A stretch of DNA of 64,000 nt from Bispira polyomma (Eukaryota), in NCBI GenBank assembly GCA_965649765.1, contig OZ287749.1, forward strand, positions 5,828,001 through 5,892,000. The letters are read 5' to 3'. Positions 14,820 through 27,849 of this stretch are shown here, one piece after another. Position 1 is the first letter of the stretch. Each line of letters opens with the position of its first letter. Under the pieces are notes generated by a model that worked only from the letters and a program-made list of their open reading frames with translations, was not told the DNA's origin and did no database searches. Position numbers and translations under genes: made by a program.

Positions 14820-15110
14820 GTATACCTCTTGTAAATGTATACCTGCCGTACGTGTACATGTCGTATGTATACATGTTGTATGTATACCTGTTGTATGTAT
14901 AACTGTCGTACATGTACCTGTCATATGTATACCTGCTGTACATGTACCTGTCATATGTATACCTGTCGTACGTGTACCTGTCGTATGTATACCTGTCATA
15001 TGTAAATCTGTCGTACATATACCTCTCGTATGTATACCTGTCATACATGTACCTGTCGTATGTATACCTGTCATATGTATATCTGTTGTATGTGTACCTG
15101 TCGTATGTAT
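14820..15110. repeat. 15-bp minisatellite, about 19 units
   Basis: TACCTGTCGTATGTA variants. Confidence 0.95.
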
Positions 15111-15524
15111 TGTCAAGAAGAAGTGGTCTAGATGCCAAGTTATTATTCCTTATAATTCAGTTGTAGGTAGGTTGTGTTCTCTTGAGTTCTCCACTAGACA
15201 ATCGTTTGCGTCAAATGAAAGTTCAATATACGTTTTCTTCTTTTATTAACAACAAAATAACAATGTTCACAAAAATATATATAAAAGTACAAGATCTTTC
15301 TTGATGCTGTCTGTGGTTAAATTCTCTATAAACTGAGTTACATCACTCTCAGAAGTTCATATTGGTCTTTTTTAAACTGGCTAAAAAGCCTCCTTATATA
15401 CCTGACTGTAGAATGCATGCTCTGACTCATTGGGATTCCATTCTCTGGAATCCTACTGGTCACATGGTTATAGAAAAATAAGTAAAATTCCCTAATATAG
15501 AAGTCACATGATCAAGAATTTAGT

Positions 15525-15775
15525 GGGGCTGCGGTGGCCTAGTGGTTAGCATGCATTGCGCTTCACAATCACTGGTCTCTCACCTCTGGGCGGCGTGAGT
15601 TCGAATCCCGTCGATGCCTATGTGGAAAAGGTGGTAGTTCCTTACTGTGGGCCGCTGGTTTCTCTGCAGAACCTTGACCGACTGTATGCAGTGTTTCCTC
15701 CAGCGTTTTCAACTACCCGTCCCAATATAACCTACTAAAAGGTACTAGAGTGGACGTTAAATATCCAAATTCAAA
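15525..15775 (+). mobile_element. tRNA-derived SINE, full length
   Basis: GGGG start, A-box TGGCCTAGTGG, B-box GTTCGAATCC, second copy at 32343-32536. Confidence 0.9.
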
Positions 15776-15992
15776 TTTAAGAATTTAGTAATTTAGAAAA
15801 TGTTTAGAGCAAAACAACCTTGGGCAACCTACTCTGGTCTGATTTCCTCCACCAATGAACTACCCAAATGATAGGACACAAAACAAGTTAAACGTGACGT
15901 TATGACCAAACATTATGACATTATGAAAGTTCCGCAAAACAGAGAGTTAAGGGTTTAAAATAATCAAAGGGAAAAAATCTGAACAGACTTAC

Positions 15993-16107
15993 TCTGAGAG
16001 AGCTGTTTGGTGTCAATGTCATAGTCTTGTACCATCAGACGACACAGCTGATGGGGAGGTTGATCTGCATTTTGAACTTGTGTCCTGTTTAGAGGGACAA
16101 TAGCAAT
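15993..16107 (-). CDS. Gene A coding exon 2
   Basis: Acceptor tttttcttttcttttcag|, donor |gtaagt; IAIVPLNRTQVQNADQPPHQLCRLMVQDYDIDTKQLSQ; phase 0 start matches exon 1; phase 1 end. Confidence 0.7.
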
Positions 16108-16329
16108 CTGAAAAGAAAAGAAAAATACCTTGGAAATATCCAACAATAAAGGTTATATCACGACCGCCAGATTTAGCGGTTGAGCAAACTAATGGTGAAG
16201 TACCATCAGTGTCCTTTGGCAAATAGTTAACAAACTTTCCTACACAACTACACAGGATTCAAACCCATGTTTTGAATTCAAAACCATGTTTTGAATTCAA
16301 AACCATGTTTTGAATTCAAAACCATGATC

Positions 16330-16563
16330 ATGTTCGCCTGGCTCAAACTTTCTCCTCTTTCAGGAGTAAGCTGAAGGCCTATCTTTTTGAACAGGCTTTT
16401 CCACCTTAGCCGTCGCAACCATTTACGGTAGTCTCCCTGGTTACGACTTCCATCCGCCCACTATTTTTGATTTTCGATTAACGTTTCGAGTTTGTTGCGC
16501 CTTAGAATTTGTTGTACAAAGATTAAGCGCTATAAAAGTTCGACTAGATTAGATTAGATTAGA
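16330..16563 (+). mobile_element. L2 3'-end fragment with (ATTAG)n tail
   Basis: Encodes SFRSKLKAYLFEQAFPP*; GCGCCTTAG...TTAAGCGCTATAAAAG; related ends near 25977, 37583, 42368 and 5405 (minus). Confidence 0.8.
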
Positions 16564-19500
16564 TGTTGATGAGAGAGCCAGTGATAATAAGGCATACACT
16601 TCCAACCACAAGGCTTCCACTGCCTCCCTCAAATCAGCAAATTAGTACAATATAAGTACTTTTACTCAATAAGTTATAAAATATATATACATGTATACAA
16701 TAGATAAGATCATATCTAAAAATTTACTATAACATATATGTGCATGGAATTGTCTGCTTATGAATGTTTAAATTTATTGCATTAAAGTATTAAATCTGCA
16801 ATAAACCATACACAGAATAAGAATGGGTCTGTAAGTGCATTAAATAAACACAGCAAATCATTTTACTTCATAGAATCTGGTCACTGTATGCTCTATAAAC
16901 CATCAAGAGAAGGAACAAAACATTATCTCCTACTTTTTATATATATATATTTTCAGGATTTGCCAGTTATTGTCTGTTTTATTTGAGTTTGTAAATTGTT
17001 TTATTATTTCCCCCCAATTGGCTTTGATGTAAGACAGTAAATTGTTTTATTATTCCCCCCACCCCCAATTGGCTTTGATGTAAGACAGTAAATTGTTTTT
17101 ATTATTCCCGCCACCCCCATTTGGCTTTGATGTAGTAAGACAGTAAATTGTTCTATATCTATTCTTCGTCGCATGCATTTGTTTGATTTTATGACCAGAC
17201 ATTGGCCTCACAACTTTGAGGTCCTGGGTTCGAATCTCGACCGAAGCTTTAGTTGGGTAAGTTAGTATTTACTAGTAAATGGCTGGTGGTTTTCATTGCA
17301 AAATCTTGACTAACTAGTATGCACTGCTTAACACCCCCCCTCCCCCCCTCCACACACACACACACACACATCCGTCTGCCTGTCGTGATCTGGCGTACAG
17401 ATGTGTTAAACCAAAATCAATCAATAAATCAAATTTCTTACATTTACAACAGGAATATTTTTCGATTGATATTTTCACTGTGTGTCCATGGTTGTGGTAT
17501 TTACTCTACTGAGTGCCTGTCTAATTTAAAATATGTAATAGTTTTGTTTGAGTCATACATTTATATATTTACTTTGGTACCATGAATATAATACCACAGA
17601 AAAAATATGGCCTTCCACTTAGGAATTTCTCTAAAAAAACCCCACCAAATGGTTGTAAAAATCAGGTTTTTGGCACCTATCTATATTGACTCAGGTGTAT
17701 ACTTCTGTTTAGTCAAATCTACCACATAATCTATAATTGACCCAAATAAACAATCTTCTACGGAGTCCTTAAAGTGACATAGCAAAGGTTAAGATATGTT
17801 TTCAAACCTTTAGGTAACAACTTACTATTTTCAGATAACAAGATTTAAAAAAGCAAGGGGTAAAATATTTGTAAATCTTGAGGTAACGACTTTCTATCTT
17901 ACAATCTTGATGTAAAAAAATCTCACCCCTTGCTATGTCACTTTAGGGTCTCCGTAATCTTCCCTTACTCTAATTGTACTTAGTACAATGACTGCTGAAT
18001 ATTATAATAATAAATAATATTATTTAGACAAATACAAAATGTAATATAACTGTTTATCTTAGCTCAAATGTCACTTAATGTCTGGCCTCTGGAAGCTTTT
18101 AGGATCATCCATAAATGATTTGAACAAGGACCTCTTCAATTATTATGGGCAGAATTATTGTTTTGGGTTCACAAAAAGGTCCTAGATATATTGTAAAAAA
18201 TCGTAACAGGAATGTGGTATATTATATAAAGGACACTAGTTTATATCAGTAGAAAAACTTATCGAAAAAACAGTTTGGTGGCTTGATTGAGTAGTAACAT
18301 TGCAGTGTTTGTGGAGTTTATAGTGGGCTTTAAACAGTTATACCTTTTTAATCTTGAGTTATATTCACCTTATTTATCTATTCCATGTATAGAGTATATA
18401 TGTCATACAAGTACAATTAAATTAGACCCCCCCCCCCCCTCCAAAAAAAAAAAAAAAAAAAAATTAAGAAAATAATAAACTATTTTAACTGTCATCTATA
18501 TTTTTAGTTCAGCTGAGAAATGGGAGATTTGAAATGAAATAAAATGGGGATCATTTAAAAAACTTTATTGTGTAAATAATTTAAAACCAACGGCTTTCCA
18601 TTTTGGTCAAAGATAATATAGATAATAACCAGAAATGTGTAATGACACAGTATGTGCTTAGTGTAATCAATTTAAAAAAAAAGACTGCTCTTGTACGAAA
18701 TTGTTATTCAGTAATACTAGCTTTACCAATAGTTAAAAACAGTCCCTCCAAATTACACATTTCAAAAAGAATAGTACATTTAATAACGATTTCCAGTTGG
18801 CACTTTAATAAAGGATAGTCATATGTCGAAATGTTAACTATGATAATTCATTATAGCGTTATTAGCTACTGAGACTGAATAGTGACAAGTGCATTCCCAG
18901 TGAAAATTAAGTTTTGTTTGGTTTTAATATTTAACTATATTTCAAATAACCCACGAGAACAATTATTTTAGTGAAAATTCTCAAAAATTGTAAAATTGTA
19001 AATTTTTTTCTTTCAGGTGAAATTTGAACACTACTTTTATTTTTTTTCTTGCATACATCACACTTCATTCCTAATACAGTGAGTGTGTTTTAGCTAAAAT
19101 GGCAAAAAAAACCCAGGTTCTTATCCTTGTAGCAAATGCACTATATTTGACACAACCACAATAAGGTGTCGTTCACTATATGCATAACTTTATGCTAGAA
19201 TTGCCAAAACGATTTTCAGTCTTAATGACTATGTACACAGAAGTATCTATTTGTCACGTTATATTTACCTTAGCTCACAAAAATTAGCATTTCTCTTCGA
19301 CAACAAACTTTTTTTGCCTCATTACCATATGAATGGCTTTGTTTTACTTTAAGCCTATGCTTCTATATAGCCAATCCTGACGTTGGCCAAACTTAATATA
19401 TGGACCAATCAGTTAATTTGATACTTCCATGGAGCCAATAGACTAACTAAAACATGTGATCTGGTATTACCACTAATTTATTCCTTCATGATGTTTCTTC

Positions 19501-22500
19501 CTAAACACTTTTTTGGAATCATATTTTAAAAATAATTATTCTCCACAAAAACAGCCCCCAAAAATCTGCCAGATGTGCCCATTTTATCACTTTCTTGACT
19601 AAAACAAATGTGAAGCATTTGCCAACATGTGATCTCTTAACTGCTGTACATCTGATACATGGAACTGCCTACACTGTAAGTATTGAGATTAAAAAAATAT
19701 TGTGCAATGACAGCCACTTGTATATCTGATACAGGGATAGTTGGGTGTGGGTTTAATGTGACATTCACGTGTCTGTATTATGTATATGAGGTAGCTGTAT
19801 ATTTTAGAGATTTGTGTGTTAAAGTACAGGTTTGGAGAGACTTTTCTGTATCAAAAATTATTCTGTAAGGATGTTTACTGTTTATAAGGGACTTCAATAA
19901 TGCATTAGTGTGGGGTAAAATGTTCAAAAGCTTTTGTGTAAGCTATGATTCACATTTCAACAATATTAAATATAAAAATATTTTGTTTCTTTTCATCCAT
20001 GTGAAGGGCCAATTGCCATGACTTTGTCTTAGTTCTGCTTACCTAGTATACTTTTTTGTTAGAATTAGGACAATGTCTAGACTTAACCCTTTTGTGAACA
20101 GCACCTCTATCTATCCAGATTTGATCTGGATTTAGGACAATGTCTAGACTTAACCCCTTTTGTGAATAGCACCCCCGTTATCTGTATCAGTGGGAAGCTA
20201 TTGACACTAACCAAAAAGCCAAACTATTTGAATTAGAGATAAAATAGATTGCAGAAACGTGAGCACAATTTTATTAAATCTTGAGCAGAGTTTATTATTT
20301 GTGATCACAGATTAAGTCCCAATAAGGGCGCCTCCCACTTTCACATTGGCCTTGCTATTATCTCCACTTACCTAGCACATATCTGCCACTGAGAAAAGGT
20401 GCGTTCAACGCCAATCAAATCCAGTTTCTACTCGAGGTCAGTCAGATCATATTACATATGGTGGAAAGTATAGCAATGCCCCTGCTGTGTCACATTCATT
20501 TCAGATTTTTTTTCTTAATTTCCTTAGTGGCCCAGAGATTTTCGCTTACTTAGAAATTCAGACGGAAATCCCTGTGGGTTCAAATTTTCATACCGCTTAC
20601 ATTGGGGGATGTTTCTACGACCGGCCAATTGCCATACATGCAAAAGCATCGTTGCTAAAGTGGGAGGCGGGCATAATTAAACAAACTGTTCTAACAATTT
20701 AATAAACTCGTTGCTAAAGTGGGAGGCGGGCATAATTAAACAAACTGTTCTAACAATTTAATAAACTGTGTGCACGATTTAGTAAGTTGTGCTCACGAAT
20801 TATAAACTGTGTGCATGGTTTATAATCTGTGAGCACAAAATGGGACTGTGTTGTAGGGTTAATCCCCTTTTGAAAAACAACTGCCTCAAATGATCATAAA
20901 TTCAACAAGGCACACAAACCAATGAACAAATCGCCACAGGTGAAAACATTACCTCCTCAGCAGGGGTAACTTTATTGATCACTGATCGGAGGACCCTTGA
21001 AGAATACATAGCTCATAGAAATTTTTTAAAAAAATGTAGGTAGTTTTTCTTCTTAGAGATTTGTGGGTTAAAGTACAGGTTTTGAGAGATTTTTTCAGTA
21101 TAAAAAAAGATAATAAATAAGGATTTTTACTCTTGATAAATATTGCATTAGTATCGGTCTAATGGAAAGCATTTTGTGTAAACTGGGATTCATATTTCAA
21201 TCTTAAATGTTAAGATATCATATTTTTTATCAGGCACAGCCTGATATTGTTTTCATTCTAAAAAGGGCGCCACCAAGGCTTTCATCGATTGGTTGGAATC
21301 AATTGATCCAGCCAAACAGAGGGGTGTTAAATTAATATTTGTAGGGGTGCTAAGTAGGCCTGAGTGTAAAACCTTTGAGTTGTATGTGGTAGCATTCCGG
21401 TGTCTGTGCCAAAATAAGGGCATTGTAACAATATACATCGGTATATAGTATGATAAGACATGGTAAAGTAGAATGGTGAGGTGTCTTCTGGTACTATTTC
21501 TTTGGTTTTCATAACAAGCGGGAAAATGAGTGACAGGACAGAATTTCGACACATATTCATACACCACACTGGAATATAGTGCCATATCAACGTCCGTGTA
21601 GTTCACACTGCGTTCCTGTGTCTTTTTAAATAGTCAACTCTTGTTTTTAACTCATTCTTTTAGAGTAGTGTTAGTTTTTTGTTGTACACCATTAACATAA
21701 TATATAAAAAAAACTTGTCAAGCCTCCAGAGAAGATGCCTGAAATGCAAATATGCAAAATGTCATCAGTCACCACCGAAAAACCAGGCCAGTACAATTTA
21801 TATCTTCATAACATTTACTTCACTTACTAACTTTATGTGTGTCTACATAATCCGTAAACCACTTTTATAGCAATAAAATCTAAAGTGCAACCGGCCATAA
21901 TACTTTACATTCTAGTGACTTGTTTTAAAGCTAAAGACTTTGATTTTGGCCGATTTTGGGCCTCGTCCCAGCGACGGTAGGAAAAGATCTTTGGTTAGTA
22001 TCAACTTTGCACTTAATATTATGACTAACCGCAGACAGTCTCAACTAGTTTAGACATATGTGCTAAGCTTTTGTGAATACGGCCCCATGGGGAGTACATG
22101 TTCGTGAGCAGGAAGTTCCACTAAACAAGTTAAATGTCAAAATAAAAGTGGCTTTTGTAGGACAACAGACACCCACATACACATATAAGGTAGGACATCT
22201 ACTTAATAGAGTTCTACTTAAACGGGTTTGAAAGTATTTGACAGTAATTAATGTTTTTATACAATAAAAATGAACACACTTTTTAAATGGCTGTATGGAA
22301 GGCATAAAATTTTTGCATTAGACCACAAAACTAACCCTAAAGCTGCCACGCGAACTCACCCTGTAGAGTTGTCACACATCTCTATCTATCTAATCTAACT
22401 TTTAAGGAGACTAAGGTGAAAAAAAACTTCCTAAATAAGTAGGTTTGGAGCATGTGAATATAGCCCCCTGATAAGTATGTTATCATTAATAAATATCCAG

Positions 22501-22998
22501 CCTACATGTCTAAAGACCATTAATAGCTTTAATATAACTCACTGACAAGTGTTTTATTAATATACAGATGAACACAATTTTTAGAGAGCCACGTAGCAAG
22601 GGAGTAGCCAGGATTTTTCATCTGGTACTCCCAAATTAAACCAACATATTATGTTCTTTTTTGTCCTACCAAAAATTCAATTCGTGGGAGGCGGGGGGTG
22701 GGGGTGGGGTGGGTGGGGTGGGGTGGGGGGGGGGGGGGGGGGGGAGGTGCATCAAGGTAATATTTTGGTTTAGTTGAGGGGTACCAAATTTTTTTATTTA
22801 ATAACAGGAATCTATGTTACTACTAAAACAAACAGAATAAAATGAAGTTTAAATTTATGTTTTGTAATTTTTTTTCTTTCTTGTCATTAAATTTGTACGC
22901 CTGGGCGTACTGGCATTAATGGTAGCTTAGGGCCAACCCGCCAAAGAGGTTGCAGTTATAAATTGCAATATTGCCCTCTGAAAGTGTGTTAGTCTTAA

Positions 22999-23228
22999 CC
23001 CTTTGAGCAACAATTTTTTCAGCAAGCAGGTGCCAGCATTTGCTACTCCTGGAGACTCTGTCCATCGACAAGCAGTTGACAGAAAACTTTCTCTGTGTAG
23101 TAATGTTTTCGACTCCGTACTGTTTTATAAATTAAAACAAAGCCCTTACAAAGTGACTCCATTTAATGTGTTGGTTTGAGATATATCTTCAATTCCCGCT
23201 GACCGTTTTCTCTCGGGGGTTGAAAGGG
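22999..23228. mobile_element. Short piggyBac-like MITE
   Basis: TTAA-CCCTTT...AAAGGG-TTAA. Confidence 0.65.
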
Positions 23229-23367
23229 TTAACAGATAAAACACACATGTTATTGCTTTGCCATTTAGACATTTAGAAGTTATATAGCATTATATTCCCA
23301 TCACCCCTTCTTCCCTGCAATATAGCCCTCTACAAAGTGAATTATATTGTGAATATAAAACACCCAC

Positions 23368-23538
23368 CTTTGCTGATGTGAGTATGGTCCCTGCATCTTT
23401 GATCAAAGTGCTCGCCTCAAGACTGTACCAATATTCAAACCCTGGGGTGAAACCCAGTGCTGTAACAACCGGAAACTGGTGGTTGACAACCAGGAATGAC
23501 AGTGTAGTTAGCCACCAGCAACTAGTAGCAGTCAGCAT
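23368..23538 (-). CDS. Gene A coding exon 1: signal peptide + start of putative lipid-transport (vitellogenin-N/LPD_N-like) domain
   Basis: ATG in agg-ATG context; MLTATSCWWLTTLSFLVVNHQFPVVTALGFTPGFEYWYSLEASTLIKDAGTILTSAK; hydrophobic N-terminus, then F-x-PG-x-EY-x-Y motif like that opening LLTP domains; donor AAG|gtgggt, phase 0. Confidence 0.75.
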
Positions 23539-23697
23539 CCTTTTGTCTTGTCTGTTTTGTTTTATTGCTTCTACATTGAAATATCCTTTATATAATTGTT
23601 CACTTTGTAAGTTAAATCTCTGAATACAGTATACTTATATATCAGTATTTTAAGATAGGTTTCACCAATTTCAGTAATAACAATAAGTGCACCTATA

Positions 23698-23748
<51 letters not shown>

Positions 23749-24856
23749 TATGCGAGTCTAGGTTGTACATAAAAACCAGAAATGGCTAATATATTCAGTG
23801 TAAAACATGAAAACTTGATAGAATATCAAATATATCCTGTACGATGAGATCCATTGTACATACATATATGCACAAAACAAATATTATTTATGCATATTTC
23901 TTTTTCCCCAACAATCGAATCCTTTTCTCCGAAAACAAGACTTTTTGTGTTATTTAGTGATAGATTTTTATGTCACTCATTTATTAAGAACCTTAAGAAC
24001 TGAAGCATAACCAAATAGTTAACGCCTATGTATCAACAGAAAAGTAACTTCAGCATGTTTTTGGAAACAATCACCCATAAATAGAATACATTCGTCTAAT
24101 TCTCTTCCTTGTTTGTCATAGTGTAGATTTGTGTCTGTGCACAGTTTAAAAGAAATGCAAAGTTTTCTTGATCTAGTCATGATTTACTGATAAGAGGTAG
24201 AATATTTCTAATATGTATACAAACTTTACTACGTTCTGAAGGATGTGTTTTTGGTCACCAAAAAAAAAAAAGATTCATAAAAATTGACACACACTTTATT
24301 TCCGGGAAATTCAAGTGGGGAAATATCTAGTTTCAGTCTTCAAGGTGGTGTATGTGTTTTGCATAATATAGGATAAGGCAGTTGGTTAAAAAGATTCCAT
24401 AAAATTAACTTTGTGAATATATATATATATATATATATGGATAGTGTTGGATGTTCAGGTTCGATCATATGGATCATTAGAAAATGTTACATGTTGGAAT
24501 TTAACAATATGATAAAATATATGTCTAGATTGACTGAGCTGAATTTCATATAAAGAAAAAGCTGTTTAAGCTTTTTAAGCTATTGTTTGTAATAATAGTT
24601 AACTTTGTTGTGCCGAACATAAGATGCTCTTAAACTTTAGGCATGCAGGATGTTTAACGTTTGGATAGAATCGTAGAAGTCACCAAATCTTTGAAAGTTT
24701 AATCTTTACCCATTAGTGTCTGTTTCCATGTGTGCGGTTTGCGATTATCGATATCGTTCCGTTGGAAATAAAATATACCAAATACGGTATTTTATTCCAA
24801 AGCCTGTAACATACTTATTTCTTGTCAGATTTAAAAATCCATTTCTTCATTCTTGT

Positions 24857-25149
24857 ATGGCCTAATGGTCAGGGAGTTGCTTTGGTGATCAGAATGCCCC
24901 TGGTTTGACTCCTGGTAAGGGACTTGGTCTGGTGATCAGAAGGTCCCTGGTTTGACTCCTGGTAAAGGAGTTAGTCTGGTGATCAGAAGGTCCCTGGTTT
25001 GACTCCTGGTAAGGGAGTTGGTCTGGTGATCAGAAGGTCTCTGGTTTGACTCCTGGTAAGGAAGTTGATCTGGTGATCAGAAGGTCCCTGGTTGGACTTC
25101 TGGTTAGGGAGTTGGTCTGATGATCAGAAGGTCCCTAGTTTGACTCCTG
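24857..25149 (+). repeat. 47-bp tandem array x6 derived from a tRNA/SINE head
   Basis: One A-box-like TGGCCTAATGG, then units with GATCAGA at 24887, 24934, 24981, 25028, 25075, 25122, each with B-box-like GGTTTGACTCC or a close variant. Confidence 0.85.
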
Positions 25150-25605
25150 TTTAATGGGTGGGATAACAATATGTCATTGCCTCATGATGATGACCCAGGC
25201 TACATAGTAGACCACATGAATGGTTTATCAATTCAGTTGTTGCACTTTAGAAGATGCGTCACATTAATAAAGCATGTTAAAAATATATACAATAGAATAC
25301 AAAATATGTAGTCTGCGGCATTTGATATTCGGCTACAATAAATTTCGTAGACATCTGTAGGAGCTTTTTTGTTGTATGCGTGGTACGGTATACGAAACCC
25401 CTTTAAACTGGATGTGTTTGAGCAGCTATATAAGACATACATGTGGATGCCAGATGACATCCGACAGCATATATGGAAACTTCGCTTTATTTATGCAAAC
25501 TGTAATCTGTTTTTTTGATCAGGTATTCTAAAATAGTAAGCCGTACGCGTGGAAACACACAGTTGATCTTTTACGTATCATTCACATGACCTACGGTAGG
25601 ACACA

Positions 25606-25673
25606 ATGCTGCTGATATCTATTCTGGGCGTGCTCCTCTTACCTCACTTGGACATGGCTCTGACTCCTGGTGG
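25606..25673 (+). CDS. Gene B exon 1: signal peptide
   Basis: MLLISILGVLLLPHLDMALTPG; donor GG|gtgagt, phase 2 matches exon 2; possible upstream acceptor at 25522. Confidence 0.75.
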
Positions 25674-26357
25674 GTGAGTAAACTTCATTTATAATTAATA
25701 TGTATTTTTAGATATAAACATTTTTTTCTTTTAGGTTTTAAAGCCGTAACTGATTACATACGGAAGATATTTTAATAATACATTTTGCAAAAGTATCTCT
25801 GGCCAACCTCATTAGTTAGGGATCGCTTAAGATTCTAGTACAATCACTAAGCTAGTTATCACTATCAAAAAGCTTAGCCCACCTGACACGGTCTTACCAT
25901 CACCGATTCCCTCTCTGGTAACAACAGTTTTTCTGTTTCCCACAATACAAATACTGAATAATGATTTTTGGTTGTTGCGCCTTGGAATCCGCTAGTACAG
26001 AGATTAAGCATGATTAATTGATCGGATTAGATTGTTTTCAGTAAAAGATATAGTTTGACCATTCACGATTGTTGGTGTATATGTCATTAGTACTGGTGTA
26101 CGTACAAGTTTACTGGGCGAGGTTTGCTATATAAATCATCTGTACTGGTATACGTACTGCATATGTATGTAAACACATCCCCCCAAAATATCAAATGAGC
26201 CACAATTTGACTGTGTATGCGTGGTCCGTGCTGACGTCACATTTGTGTACATCTGAACAGAACTTTAGACAAAGTCTGTCGGGTATATGTGACAAACACA
26301 ATGGCTCTTCCTGGCCGTTGCATTTTTCAGAGAGGAAATCTGTCTAATTCCTCCGTC

Positions 26358-26720
26358 TTACTCTTCAACTGACCTGTGATTGCTTCCATTTCCGGTTTTC
26401 GATATTTGCTCAATATGTTCCTTCTCCATTGTGCGGAGTTCTGTCTGAAGATAATTACTTTCTCTATTAAGGACATGGAAGGTATGCACATCTATCACAA
26501 GAACAATGCCATTGTATCTTTGCATATTGCAATATTTGAATACTTCGTTTTCCATATCCTGTTGATGGAAGTCCTTTACTTCACAAAGAAAGTAGCGGAA
26601 TTTCAAGTCATCCTTTTCTAAATATTCACAGAAAGCTGCCATTACTTCCTCTTTCAGTTTATCCCAATTAACTGACACCTGTTCCATTTTAAACTTGAAC
26701 CTTGAAGTATGTTTACTCAT
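26358..26720 (-). pseudogene. Antisense intronic ORF or decayed gene fragment, unknown alpha/beta protein
   Basis: About 120 codons from MSKHTSRF with protein-like composition (...YNGIVLVIDVHTFHVLNRE...); a second frame continues to GRAIVFVTY past a stop. Confidence 0.4.
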
Positions 26721-27849
26721 TCTATGAAGAGATTTTTCAGCAAGGCAACTGTGATAACACACATACCCACTTAAGCCAAGGGTATTGATATCTTGTAAAA
26801 GAGTCAAAAATGACCTCAGTTAGACGTGGTTTATTTCTCCGTAACTTAGTTAAGGCTTTGAACGACTCAAATCACCGAGTCATGTGCAATCCTCACAAAG
26901 TTACATGTTAGTCTTTAGTAACAGCAAATCGTGCAAACATATCACAAGTAACCTGTTAACGTTATCACACAGTTGTGACTTAGCTTCTGTTGAACTCAAC
27001 AGTACACCTCGTTATGTTAACGAGCTACTGTTAACTGATATGACATGATCATTGTTTGTGCTTATATTATTGGTAAAATAATATTTGCAATCATTTACAA
27101 GGCGGGTGTCGATTAGTACCCCGGTGTGAACTTGTCTGCTACCACTAAAAGTTACCCAAGCTGCATTATTTCCCTGTAATCAATCACCACCAGTGTCACC
27201 AAAGATAATCACAGTGCTTTAGTTTGGAACAAATATGACGAATAAAAAATAATCTTTCATATTTACTTTATAAGTTCATTGTGTAACATTGTCCCATGGG
27301 CGTTAATGGAAACATTGCTACAGAGAAAAGGTATATCACTACTAAAATTCATATACATCAACCCTAATAACAAGTATAAGGGGGCCAGTAAAATACGGTA
27401 CATATTTCACATGCTATAAATGAGGCCATTATGATGTATTTTGACGTCACAATGACACGCCGTGAAAAAGTAATCCACGTATTGACTTTGCTGTGTGCCT
27501 ATATAACCCCGACGCGCCCGGTCAGGAAGGCTCGTGCTACGTCTTCCAATCACATATATAAAGCAAAACGTAACTGCAATAGATATGTTCCTGGGGTAAG
27601 TCAGACATCAAAGAAGTAGAGGTTTCGTTTTACGTTGGTCCACACAGCTAAAATGACGCACAAATAGACACAGAGAAGATGATTGGCCTTGGCTTGCGTG
27701 TTTAAACAGGCCTGTCGTATCTCGAATACACAGAATTATAAACTAAAACTAAGCAAGATGACGCCATGTATATATTACCTTTGAGTAGATCACTTACGTA
27801 CTGATTCCTGAAGCAAGGTAGAAAAAAAGACCACGAACTAAAAACAACA

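Noticed and set aside
14770-15166. (YDRYT)n repeat protein
   Set aside because: 15-bp minisatellite artefact, open in several frames
15525-15615. tRNA gene
   Set aside because: Extended A-B box spacing, continues into a SINE body, and a second copy has a TSD
20650-20767. 59-bp exact tandem duplication (also a 104-bp duplication near 45409-45615)
   Set aside because: Simple two-copy intronic duplications with no evident functional feature
21253-21606. 117-aa minus-strand ORF as an exon of gene A
   Set aside because: No convincing splice boundaries or motifs; exons 1 and 2 join in phase without it
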